A DNA stretch of 64,000 nucleotides from Octopus sinensis (lineage: Eukaryota), in assembly GCF_006345805.1 (NCBI RefSeq), contig NC_042999.1, forward strand, positions 32,116,001 to 32,180,000, in the 5' to 3' direction. Positions 39,910 through 53,757 of the stretch are shown here, in pieces (the stretch's first letter is position 1; every line of letters begins with the position of its first letter). The notes beneath the pieces are model-generated. The model saw nothing but the letters and a program-made list of their open reading frames with translations. It had not been told where the DNA came from and searched no databases. Both the position numbers and the translations under genes were made by a program.

Positions 39910-40690
39910 ACATATTCGCAATACCAGCTAGCTTATACATATTATATATATTCGCAATACCAGCTAGGTTATACATATTATATATATTCGCAATACCAGC
40001 TAGGTTATAAATATATATATTCGTAATACCAGCTAGGTTATACATATTATATATATTCGCAATACCAGCTAGGTTATACATATTATATATATTCGCAATA
40101 CCAGCTAGGTTATACATATATATATTCGCAATACCAGCTAGGTTATACATATTATATATATTCGCAATACCAGCTAGGTTATACATATATATATATATTC
40201 GCAATACCAGCTAGGTTATACATATTATATATATTCGCAATACCAGCTAGGTTATACAGATTATATATATTCGCAATGCCAGCTAGGTTATACATATTAT
40301 ATATATTCGCAATACCAGCTAGGTTATACAGATGATATATATTCGCAATACCAGCTAGGTTATACATATTATATATATTCGCAATACCAGCTAGGTTATA
40401 CATATATATATTCGCAATACCAGCTAGATTATACATATTATATATATTCGCAATACCAGCTACGTTATACATATATTATTCGCAATACCAGCTAGGTTAT
40501 ACTTATTATGTATATTCCCAATACCAGCTAGGTTATACATATTATATATATTCGCAATACCAGCTAGGTTATACTTATTATGTATATTCGCAATACCAGC
40601 TAGGTTATACCTATTATATATATTCGCAATACCAGCTAGTTTTTTTTCCAGATATTTTATCCAGCGGCTATTCGCAATACCAGCTAGGTT
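39910..40690. repeat. ~36-bp minisatellite, 21 contiguous units plus one displaced unit
   Basis: Core TTCGCAATACCAGCTAGGTTATAC followed by a TA-rich linker; period about 32-37 bp. Confidence 0.97.
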
Positions 40691-41806
40691 TGTTATCTCC
40701 AGCTATCGGTGGCAACAACCGTCTTCTAAGTTAGTTGTGATTACAAGACATTGAGGAAGTCCAACAAAAAGCTAGCAGCTGTTGGAACGATGTTCGATTC
40801 CCTTGGTATATATCTCGTTCGAAAACAGAAAAAATGCTCTCTATAGATGAATAGCGCAGTAAATTGCACTTCATCATCATTTTACATTATATATGATACA
40901 TAGATGTCAGCTTTAAAAATAATTAAAATTTTAAATAATATTCACTTGTTTTTCTTTCCTTGGGGAGTGCTAGCAAAACGCTATCATTTCGAGAAATATA
41001 ATCGGAGTTCAGGGAGCTCACTTTTTCTATAAAGTTATTACTTCCCTCATTTTAAGATTTTATATTTTTTCTGAAAAACATACATTATAAATTAACAATA
41101 AATCGTTGTTTGGAACTGCAGTAAGACATGTTTGTGCAGTTGAAATGCATACAAGTATAATACACGAATAGGTCTGTACTTAAGATCTCGAATATACAAA
41201 ATTTTAAACTTCCAGCTAATAATGTCGAAACATGACAAATTTAACATTCATTTCACAGAACTGGACATCAGCATTCCCATGTGATTTCGGACAAAATTAC
41301 AAAGATGCATGTTTCAATTTGTTACCAAATATCTTGACAGATCATGTCGATTTATCACACGGTTTACCACATGCACAGTGTTTATGAGGAAGGGCAATTT
41401 TTCTATAACGAGAAAACTAATAATCATCAGCATTAATAACACAGGGAAATAGAAGACAACAAATGTTTCCAATGCCTAATGCGTTATTTCACTGCGAATT
41501 ACATTAGTTAGTTTCAACATAGCTATCTTGAATATTAAGTTCAGTTGAAATCTGTCAATAAATAGATAATATGTTAAATATGTCTGCATATGAAATGACT
41601 GCATGTACATACGTTTTTTCTCTTTGAATATAAATCGTATAAATGTAATAAAATAGCATTGCAGCTGCCTAAGATTTACTCTTAGTTTATATTATGTAAA
41701 TTTTCTGTAGGCGTAAGTACATTCAGACCACTTTTATACGATGAACAGCATTAACAAAGAAACTACGTATACACGCACGGATTATATAGGTGCATATGTA
41801 AATATA

Positions 41807-41913
<107 letters not shown>

Positions 41914-43068
41914 GTGTGTGTGTGTGTGTGTGTGTGAGTATGTGTATGTATGTGTGTCTGTGTATGTGTCTGTGTGTGCAGATATGTATCTATTTATCAA
42001 GCTATTTCATAAATAATATCAAAGTTCTCTTCCGGATGATAAGCTCATGATGTCAGTCTTTTGGAGTTCTGTGGCGCATAGGTTCCCCTCTATTCGGATA
42101 CTGATGTGTTACAGGTAAGTCGGTCAGCACTACATGAAACGAAGTGACTTACCGAAGAATATAACTCATCACCTAATGCTAAAATCGAAACCATAACCTT
42201 CAATCATGATTAAAACTCCTTGAAGACCTAAATAACTATGACTTATATATCTCTGAGGTGTTGCCCAAAATGTTGAAAACTTGTGAACCTTGAAACCCAA
42301 GCGTTCTCATTTGAGATAGAAAAGACAGTTTGTTTAATATATGCAGTGCCATCTAGTTCGGCATCTAGGAACATAGGAGATGGATATATGAAGTGTTGGC
42401 GCTCGGCACTGAGACCAAGAATGAAAGATCATGACTGGCTGGACACACGTCACGTGAAAGAGGGGTAGATGGGTAGGGGGCAGAGTGATTGAAGGATTAG
42501 AACGATCTACCCCAGGGCCAGGATATCAAACGAGAGTAAATCTGTGACGTTTGATGCGTTTGGCAGAGGACTTTCGACGAATTACCTAGCTTTCTTCGCT
42601 CGTGAATTTCGTGCCCAAAACAATATAGTTGCCCTATTCGACAGAATTAGCCCCTGCAGACTTCCATCTATTTCCCAAGATGAAAATGTAGGAAAAAGGT
42701 CACCGTTGTGAGACCCTTGTCGAGATCCAGAGCAAATCAGAGAAAGTCATCGATTCAATTACGAAACAAAAGACTTCCAGCCCGGTTTCCAAAAGTGGCA
42801 GGAAAGCTGGGACTGGTGTATTACTGCTTAAGGTGACTATTTCGAAGATTATGCTAAATAAAACTTAGGTAAATAAGCGGAGAAGGATAGATGTCATATA
42901 GTTTAGGTCTCGACGGGACGGGAAATTAAATATTTTCGTCGAGCTTTTACTACTCCACCTTCAAATCCCCACACATGATTCTTTCACAGTTCAAATTCAT
43001 TATAGTATGCTTTCTCTCAGACAGTCATATCAGGTATATAAGTACACACATACAGACACACACACACA

Positions 43069-43099
<31 letters not shown>

Positions 43100-43599
43100 C
43101 ACTCATATATAAACCCACACGCAAACCAACACACTCGTCTCAGAAACGTACGCACAATGAAGGCACTCATGCAATATGTCACAAACGAACACATACTTAT
43201 GTACACTTGAACAGACTTCTGAATAGTCTGTCATGTTTATCTCCTACACAGATCATCACAAGCACTTCTCTCCACTTAACAAACGCAAGAAAATACATAT
43301 CTTGCAACACAATAAAACATCCGATGCTGCCAGGCAACAACAGCTGATACATACACGCATTGATCCTTCACATGCACGAGCTACAGGGTATATCCGTAGA
43401 TCTTGCATGTGAAAGACGCAATCACACACACACACACACACGCATCTAATATGTACTCATAAACAGCTATGCAATAACATATTGATAGAAATAGGCAGCA
43501 AATATAATACACTTTACTTCATGCTAGCACAGGACACACGTTAAAATAGCCATACGTACAAAGTTCCAAAGCGGATTGCAAATACAAAGAGACAAACAA

Positions 43600-43636
<37 letters not shown>

Positions 43637-46369
43637 GCTCACATATACAGTTCTCCCTTTTACTCTTCCTCCATATTGAAAGCGGAACTGATATATAACA
43701 ATAAAATTTCCGTCAGTTACGTAATTTCCGTCTCTTTGTTTTCTCCCTGTATATGTTTAAGCTTCGTGAAATAAGGGTATTTTCGAGCAACTACACATTC
43801 TATGCTGGAATTCTTAAGAGCTGCACATAAATAAAAGTCTGTGAAAATGTTTCATAATACTATAGATAATATTAATTTATTAGCTATACGTACTACAAGG
43901 AAAAAGGAACCACCTTATAATGCATGAAATGACAGATATATATATATATATATTGAATCAAGTATCTTATGTTACGGACAATTGTTCCATTTTGATTTAG
44001 ATATTTCAATATGAAAGACCGATTTACAGCGTTGTGTTGGCAGAATCGTTAGCATGCCGGGCAAAATGGTAGGATGCATTTTATTTGTTTTTACGTTTTG
44101 TGTTCAAATTCCACCGCGTCAACTTCGGCTTTCTTCCTTTCAGTGTCCATAAAATAAGTAACAGTGGAGAACAGGCGTCGTTTTAATCAACTTATCCCTT
44201 CCCAGAACTTGCTGGCGTTGTGTTTTAATTTGAAACCGATTTTCTATTTAAGCTGATACCAAATTAGAGAAGTAAATTGAAATAAAAGAATCTCAGTTAT
44301 ATAAATATGTGCCCGTTCTCAGTTTTTGTTAAACGCATACTGGTCCGCACACTTAATACCTATGTACGTACATATTTATACAGAGTTACCTATGTCTCAC
44401 TGAGACACATGCATGTTATCCTTGATAACATCTTATAAATATTATATAAATACATTCAATTATCGTAGAGATCCTAGAACTGTAATTATGCTATTAGAAA
44501 ACAAACTTTTTACCGATCATCTATTGAGAAAATGCCTTCAAAATTTACGATATTGTTAAGGTATAAGGTCACGTAGTACAGTTTATTTTTTATAAACTAA
44601 AAATGTTATGGACATGGATTCAAAGTCTTTACACTAGATCTGAGAGATTAAACATGAACCGTGATGACAATAATATAGATGCCATACCAAACGCTTTCAT
44701 CCCATTCCTAGGGAAATCCCTAAATATGACCATTTTAAATCATCTTTCACACATTTGTACTTTCGTTGTTCTACTTATTTTCATCCCGGAAAAATAGTAA
44801 ATTTACATCTGAGCTATCTCGTTGCACATTCTATTTTTACTGGCCAAATACCTCACTCGCTTACTCTTCTGTCATCTCATTAATTATTCCTGAAACTCCA
44901 TTGGTTTGCGTATAATCACAAATAGTTTCTCACTACTTTATTTATACGAAGAACTACAGGAAATATACCGAGCAAGCATTGACTACTGCATACATCTCTT
45001 AAAGCATTGACACAATGCAAACAGTATACTATACACATGTAGAGTTTCTTGTTCCACTAATTCATACCAAGTTACAAAATGCAATATCCGATCCAATAAA
45101 AGACAATGTGTTATAGAACATATTTACCTTTACTTGAACAAGAAAATAATTTGCCTATGACTTATTGTCGCTAGTAATGAATAATAAATTTTGGTTATAT
45201 CTTAGTAAGTTATGAGTGGAAGTATATTATGTCAAGGAATGTTAAGTCATGTTATGTTATGTTAGTAATATCATGCTTAACTTAAGTATGCATATTTTCA
45301 ATATTCTCGAATGAGATATTTCAACGATAAATGCAATATAATTTAAAAGCAAAATCGTTCCTCTCTCCAAAGAATACCAAGCAGCTAGGCTAAATGTTGA
45401 TTTGAGTTTAGATGTAATTTGTAACTTAAATATGTTGAGCTAATGATATACCACAATAAATTTCAATAAGTAACCATCACAAATTACAACTTTTGGCTGT
45501 TTAACTCTAAACTATAAATATATAATTAACTTCTATTAATGTAAATATATTATTCAGTAATTTTACATCAAATTTAAATGTTGTAAATATTATAAGAAAT
45601 GGACTTTGTAAAAGGTTTCTCAGTGTACAGACATCATCCATTTCATTATGTTGAAGCCGTATAAGGTCACTGTTCGAAAAGTTATTCACATTGCCTTTTC
45701 TAGTCAACATATTATCTTGCACAATTTAAATTAGCAATATCCTGCTTTCGAACGCATAAACTGTAAATTCCTAATTACCTCTAATTGGGAACAGACTTTA
45801 AATATCAATTTCTACTCGCCATAGATATTATTAATTTTAGCATTGTTAAGTCTTGTTACTTGCAATATTGCATAAAATGGACTGTGGTATTTTTCTATTT
45901 ACATTTTATGTTATGATTTCAAAATTAATTATTCCAATGGGACTTCTGCAGTTATCGTAAGAAATTTTTAATTCTTACTTGCAATGCAGATTAGGTTGGC
46001 TAAATTTGGCCATCACATTTTATGCGTTCATAAATTTGAATTTCAAAGAGTATACTGAAGTAACTGAATATGTATGCCCTATCATATAAATGTAGTTTCA
46101 AATAAATTTGTTTGACACATTATAGTTTATGGATATGTGAGATAATCTTATGTCACGTTTTTTAAGATTTTTATGTACAGCGTTGTGTATTAAGCTTTAA
46201 TTATATTCAATTGTAGATGGGATATTTTTTTCTTTTTATTTCATCTTCATGCATCTTCAAAGTTTGCCAAAGTTTGGTGTCGCTGTAAAAATGCTAAGAA
46301 CCCGAATATGCACTAGAAATCTAACTGAACTTTCGGAGGAGATTATAGGGATATTGTTTTATAGTTGAC

Positions 46370-46407
<38 letters not shown>

Positions 46408-47095
46408 CTCTACGATTATTCCTTACAGCCCAATACATTAGCCGTTTAAAAACAACCACTATATTCCGTGCATGCATGTATTATTTGCAATAGTTTAGAC
46501 GTCTTGGCAACTATTCCCACTACAAAAGAAAAAAAAAACTGTTCCTCAAAATTGCGCATGAACGGCAACTAAGAATGCGATGAACGTTTTACTAGAGATA
46601 TTCTGAAATTTAATTCTCGGAAACTACTATACCTTTTACACGCACATATGTACATATATATATATGGGTGTATCTGTATAATTATGAATGAGCGTGTGTC
46701 AATGCACATAAAACATAATATATAGAATACCATGATGATACTAAAAGTCAATTTGAAAAACGGATGTCATTGTGAACATTGTAATATCTAATTTTATAGT
46801 ATTTATATTTTCTCTTAATTTTACGAACAAATAAGGAGACATTTTGTAAATTACACGACTACTCGATACTCCAGTTGACTTCATATTTCAGAACAATGGT
46901 TAATTCTTCCAAATGTAAAGAGTACTTTAATATATATAAAGTCATTTGCTAAGAGCAAGCAAGATACTATCGTCCCTTTCATCATTTGCGTCTACGTTCG
47001 ACTTACGTTCACATATTTATAAACACATACGTACATTAAAAATCCTTCTTACATATGTGTGTATGCATGTGTGTATGTATGTATGTATATATATG

Positions 47096-47188
<93 letters not shown>

Positions 47189-47885
47189 GGGTGTATATCC
47201 AAACCTACAGGGAAAAATTAGATTTAGGGTTAAGTCAAATTTCACAGTATAAATATTACCTATATTATATTTTACTTTTTTATACTTTTTGGTTAGTTAT
47301 ATATAAAAAAAATTTTATTTAAAAATTAAAAAAAAATTAAATTTAAAAATATAAATCTAAAAATTGTAAATTTTAATAATTTAAATTTTAAATTTTATAT
47401 TTTTTATATATATATTATGTTAATTATATTTATTTTTTGCTTTTTATGTTTTTGGTTTATGTCTATCACTGTTTGAGTTGCCTAATAGTGGTTTTATCTC
47501 TAATTTAATTTACAAATATATATATATTATATATATATATATATATATATGAAGACCATTATTACTCATGAGAGATAACAATATTAGTGTGTTAGTGGCC
47601 GCAAGCTTAGAGCCGTATAGAGAAAACTAAAAGTGATACATAAAGATTATATATAACAAGGGGAAATGGGTGGCACAAGCCTTGCTAGGATTAGTTGTAA
47701 AAATTCACTCCAAAGCCACAAAAAATTAACAGAAAATTTTTCCAGGCATATTTGGAAGAATCTAAGTGAATAAGATTGCGTCTTAATTCTGCAAAATTGC
47801 AAGAAAGAATGCCAGTTAACCTGGAATCATGATTTCAAATTTAGCGCCAAAAGTACTTGATTCTCTTCAACCAAGTTAACTCATA

Positions 47886-48100
47886 TACGAGAGGTGCTGA
47901 AATGTTCCTGGCTTTGGATAAAAGAATATACAGGAAGATCAGTTAAATATGATATTACTTAGCATACTTCCCTCTAAGATTCACACATATTTCAGCGGTC
48001 CTTTGTGTTTTCTGAGCCCTGTAAAAGACCTCGGAATTTGAGCCTCCAGCCAGGTGTTTTGCAATACCCTTGAACCCAGGAACCTTTCAGCACCCTTGCA
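47886..48100. mobile_element. mariner-type MITE (~215 bp)
   Basis: Left TACGAGAGGTGCTGAAATGTTCCTGGCTT versus reverse complement of right end TGCAAGGGTGCTGAAAGGTTCCTGGGTT. Confidence 0.7.
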
Positions 48101-49315
48101 CATAAATGAATACCTAAATACATTACAACTCCTTTTGCGAATATATGCATGTATTTATAATACAACTGCACACACACACACACACATAGGCGGTCCTCCA
48201 GCATGGCCGCAGTCAAATGATTGAAACAGCTAAAAGAGTAAAAGGATAAAAAATTATATATACTATTATGTTTCTCCTGTTATTTATAATTGCAAACTAA
48301 TACCATTGACTATTTTTTGCATTTCTTGCTTACTACATTCTCTGCAAAAGCGTTTGTTTGTCTTCCTATCTAAAAACAATGTCAATAACTTGCATTAGTA
48401 CATAATGTGCAATAATGCATTGTTACACAATGTGTAAAAGGGTGCGATGACGGAGAATCGTTAGTACGCCGGGCAAAAGCGTCAGCATCACGGCCGTCTT
48501 TACATTCTCAGTTTAAATTTCACCGATGTCGAATTGACCTTTCATCATTTCTGTCTTAATAAAATAAGTTTCACTTGCGCACTAGGGTCGATGTAACGTA
48601 TATACTCCTTCACCCAAAACTGCTGGCCTTGTGAAGAATTTGAAACCATTATCATTTTATGTGTAAAATAACAGTTATTATTATTCTATCTAAACTATAG
48701 GGCGTAAATCGAATCTCGTGTCACATCCATATAGAAAAAGACAGGTTAACATTCGAAATCCAAGTTACTTTATCATACATAAGCAAGTACATGTTTCTTA
48801 ATATCACTTTATGTTCACTTTATAATAACTCCATCTCGCAGCGTCATCAGCACGCACACAACAAAATGGATACCGGCATTCCATGTTTCTTTACGATGAG
48901 AAATTTGATTACGTCCACATCAGCATTACCTTTAATCTTTTCGGACTCATGAAAGCAAGCGCAGTTTGTGAACTGGGGTCGGTATAACAGACATATCACC
49001 TCACAATATAAAAATTCAGACGTTGTAGCTCCAACGAAAATAATGATTTTCTCAGACATATAATGCTGTGAGATAATAAAAGCTCGCCAGTCACCCTGTT
49101 TTCCAGTTTATCTTTTACGGCCATGCTGGGGCATCACCTTGAAGTCTTTTACATGCACTTATTCAATCGCTCTCTCTACATGAAACGCTAATTAACTTAG
49201 ACGTACACAAGAAACAAGCCAATACCGCATGTTAAGCCCTGGTGTAGGACAAACATAAATATACACAAAAATACACGCAAGCTAACAAGCACGCATACAC
49301 ACAGATATATATGTA

Positions 49316-49368
<53 letters not shown>

Positions 49369-49466
49369 TATTTATTATATATTTACTGTGGTTAACCCCG
49401 AATCAACCCGGGACCTACATATATACATATATATATTATATATATATATATTTATTATATAGAAGG

Positions 49467-49517
49467 AGCTTCTACAGGACTAGTACTGTTTCATTCAAGA
49501 GAAATCTTCAGGAAGCT
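49467..49517 (-). ncRNA. type-I hammerhead ribozyme, left arm
   Basis: Minus: AGCTTC-CTGAAGA-tTTCtcttGAAt-GAAACAG-tactagtc-CTGTA-GAAGCT; 6-bp stem I, full helix III, GUA site. Confidence 0.8.
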
Positions 49518-49824
49518 ATTTAACAAGAATTGTATTAGCATTTATACATTTAGGCAGGTTTAAAGGAGTGGTGGTGGGGGACTTTTTTGGGGGTAGGCAT
49601 AGCGCAAAATATCATACTTGGGGGAGTGGTCAAGGAGTCAGTGGTAAGTTAGATGAAAGAATAGATAAATAAAAAAATAAAATAAAAAAAAAATAAAATA
49701 AAAAAATAAAATAAAAAAAAAATAAAAATAAAAAAATAAAATGTGTGCACATACATACATAAACACATATACATACACACACACATACGTACACATGTGT
49801 GCCTATACATACCTACACATACAC

Positions 49825-49868
<44 letters not shown>

Positions 49869-50226
49869 TATATATATATCTATATATATATATATATATA
49901 CACAATCAAATACAGGCCCATTCCCTAATTTTAATTTTATTATCTTCATTTATTACTTTTGTTATCTTTGATCGCTAGGGCTAGGGATCCTGGCGATGGC
50001 AGCATGTCCAATTGTCTGTCTACTAGAAGGCAAGTACTCGTTCCCGCACGCACACTCATTAGCACGTACATACACCCATTCGTACACTCATACACATACA
50101 CGTACGCACGCGTTATATTCATACATACAAACATCTACATACGTTCACGTATATACACATACGTAGTCGTACCTACAGATTCATGTCTACACTTTAGGAG
50201 GCTAGTCTATATATATACACCAATAA

Positions 50227-50283
<57 letters not shown>

Positions 50284-50350
50284 TACACACACACACACAC
50301 ACATATATATACTCCTACATACAGATACATACCCATATATATATACATAT

Positions 50351-50427
<77 letters not shown>

Positions 50428-50511
50428 CACACACATACATATATATATATATACATATACACACACATACATACATGTGTGTGTATGTATATATATGTGT
50501 GTGTGTGTATG

Positions 50512-50552
<41 letters not shown>

Positions 50553-51020
50553 ATATTATATATATATATATATGTATGTGTGTGTATATGTATATATATA
50601 TGGGTATGTATCTGTATGTAGGAGTATATATATGTGTGTGTGTGTGTGTATGTATATATATATATATTATATATATATATAATATATATTATATATGTAT
50701 ATTTATTGGTGTATATATAGACTAGCCTCCTAAAGTGTAGACATGAATCTGTAGGTACGACTACGTATGTGTATATACGTGAACGTATGTAGATGTTTGT
50801 ATGTATGAATATAACGCGTGCGTACGTGTATGTGTATGAGTGTACGAATGGGTGTATGTACGTGCTAATGAGTGTGCGTGCGGGAACGAGTACTTGCCTT
50901 CTAGTAGACAGACAATGGGACATGCTGCCATCGCCAGGATCCCTAGCCCTAGCGATCAAATAACAAATATAATGAAGATAATAAAATTAAAATTAGGGAA
51001 TGGGCCTGTATTTGATTGTG

Positions 51021-51054
<34 letters not shown>

Positions 51055-51437
51055 ATATATATTATATATATATATATAGATATATATATATATATAATAT
51101 ATATATATATATATGTATGTATGTGTGTATGTGTAGGTATGTATAGGCACACATGTGTACGTATGTGTGTGTGTATGTATATGTGTTTATGTATGTATGT
51201 GCACACATTTTATTTTTTATTTTTTTATTTTTTTATTTTTTATTTTATTTTTTATTTTTTATTTTTTATTTTTTATTTTATTTTTTTATTATCTATTCTT
51301 TCATCTAACTTACCACTGACTCCTTGACCACTCCCCAAGTATGATATTTTGCGCTATGCCTACCCCCAAAAAAGTCCCCCACCACCACTCCTTTAAACTG
51401 CCTAAATGTATAAATGCTAATACAATTCTTGTTAAAT

Positions 51438-51488
51438 AGCTTCCTGAAGATTTCTCTTGAATGAAACAGTACTATCCCTGTAGAAGCT
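51438..51488 (+). ncRNA. type-I hammerhead ribozyme, right arm
   Basis: AGCTTC-CTGAAGA-tTTCtcttGAAt-GAAACAG-tactatcc-CTGTA-GAAGCT; predicted cut after A51482; U-U opposition at the base of stem II. Confidence 0.8.
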
Positions 51489-51571
51489 CCTTCTATATAA
51501 TAAATTAATTTTACTCTGCTATGTATTGAGTACCTTACTTACTGTGGTTAACCCCGGATCAACCCGGGACC

Positions 51572-51619
<48 letters not shown>

Positions 51620-51642
51620 CATATATATATATGTATATATAT

Positions 51643-51678
<36 letters not shown>

Positions 51679-52510
51679 ATATATATATATGTATATGTAT
51701 GTATGTATGCTTCTATATGTATATATGTATGCTTGTATATGTATATATGATGTGCTCCTTTCAGTTTCCATACACCGACCATGTCCACACACAGATCTCT
51801 GTCTTGGAAGCATGTGTCTGGGAAGTAAAATTTCTTATCATATATCCACTACTCTTTGAAGCATTTCGCCCGTCTTTATGATCTAATACATATTTTGCCG
51901 AGTTAACTTAGCCTTTCATCCATTCGGAGTTGCAGAAATATTCAACAGCTGAGTCTTGGATTGTTTGTAATCGATTAAACGCCTTCCGTAATAGTTCAGA
52001 CTGTGTTTATTATAAACAGAATTAGTTGATAAAATTTAAAAAATATTCCTTTAACTGTTGAAAGAATTTTTGTTCATCCAATAAATATTTAATTTTTTTA
52101 CAACCAATTTAGTTCGTTAACTTCAGTCAATTTCCTAATAAGTATTAATGCAAATATTTCCCTTGCCATTTTCCTGTTTTGTCGTCTGATTTCGTTTATA
52201 ATAGTAGCGTATTTTAAAATAGATATTAAAGTGTTGTTAAATAATTCGCTTTTCAATTCTGAGGTATTTTACCAATGTGAAAAATAGTTATATAAATGTT
52301 TTTTTCTTCAGTCGAGAGCCTGGTATTTCCTAACATATTAATATACTTCTAATATTGTAACGACTGGCACTTTCAAAAAATTATTGCAGTATATCCCACT
52401 TGTGCAGCGAATGTTCAAATATGCATCTCCTTGTAGTTTTTAACTTTACTTTTTTAAATTTAACAAGTCAAAATTTTAGGATCTCTCTCTCTCTCTCTGT
52501 ATATATATAT

Positions 52511-52541
<31 letters not shown>

Positions 52542-53715
52542 GCATATGTATATAGGTATATATGCGTATTTATATATATGTAGGTGTGTATAAAGAAAGG
52601 CATTCATAGTGAGCTTCATACATTTAATTGTTTGTGCGTTGTGCATTTACACATCTTTCTGATACGCATTTTGGGTACGTTATTTTTGCTACTTATTCAA
52701 TAGGCCACTTGATTACTTGAAAATACTTAGCGACCATTAAAAATTCTATTGGCGTCGGATTCAGCAGATCAAGTGGAAAAGTAAATAAGAACATAAGTTA
52801 TGGAAAGAAGGCGGGAAAGGAGAGGAAATGAGAAAAATATGAGAGTGAGTGAGTAGGAATTAAAAATAGAGGAAAGAAAGAGGGAGGAAATTGGTTACAG
52901 CTCCATCTATAGGAAAGAAGGTCACCCTGATAATACGTATATATGTATTTTGATATTATATATGTGTATATACATTTTACTATTATTATGCATAACCGCT
53001 GATAATATTATAGATACTTAATGTAGAAGTGCTTTAATGCAATACTTTTTAAAATGTTTTTATGAATAAAATTTGAAACATAATCTGTGAAATTTTAATA
53101 AATTATGATTTATCAGAATTTACCAATATGCACATGTGTGTGTGTGTGGTATGAGAGAAAGAAGAAGAGAGATAGAAAGAGTGATATTAAAGGTGAGAGA
53201 GACCTACATATATTAACTTAAGTTATGTTTCGATTGAATATATTTAATTTAATATTTTAACCATGCATTTGAAATACCTAATTTTGCTAGCACATAAATA
53301 ATAAATAAGAAGGAATTATATAACATTGAGAATAATATTATAGTGCAGGTTGAAATGTTTTAAAAGCATTAGAAATTCTGAAATATTTCTCAATATTTAT
53401 GGCCCTATTTTCAGAATTACTTGGGTAATTTTCGAATATTACATTTTCAAAAATGTAATCGCATTAGAAACAGGTGATTTTGATGCTAAGGATTTTAAAA
53501 CACTAATAGTATTCCATTTGCAACATGAATATTTCAACAGCTGATGGCGAAGCACTCTCTTTATGATTATTATATTTAAAATTAAAGAGTGAAAACAATG
53601 CACTTTTCTTTATTCATGTAGACTTGCATGATATATACATACATGCACACACATACATTATATATATATATCTATAGATAGAGAGGAAACAGAAAGCGGA
53701 GAGAGAGAGAGAGAT

Positions 53716-53757
<42 letters not shown>

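Larger units (their letters stand above)
49450..51505. repeat. ~2.05-kb near-perfect palindrome (axis ~50475/50476), head-to-head dimer of a non-coding HHR element
   Basis: Unique blocks 49460-49670, 49900-50230 and 50320-50340 are mirrored at 51290-51500, 50700-51020 and 50600-50625, with essentially no spacer. Confidence 0.97.

Noticed and set aside
39910-40690. CRISPR array
   Set aside because: The intervening segments are near-identical 8-13-nt TA linkers rather than unique spacers; no cas genes; eukaryotic context.
42460-42950. LINE RT fragment on the minus strand
   Set aside because: Only an RQG-like tripeptide and raised GC content; not enough to call.
49959-50959. 220-aa and 214-aa ORFs on opposite strands as a gene pair
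   Set aside because: They are mirror images produced by the palindrome and consist mostly of microsatellite translation.
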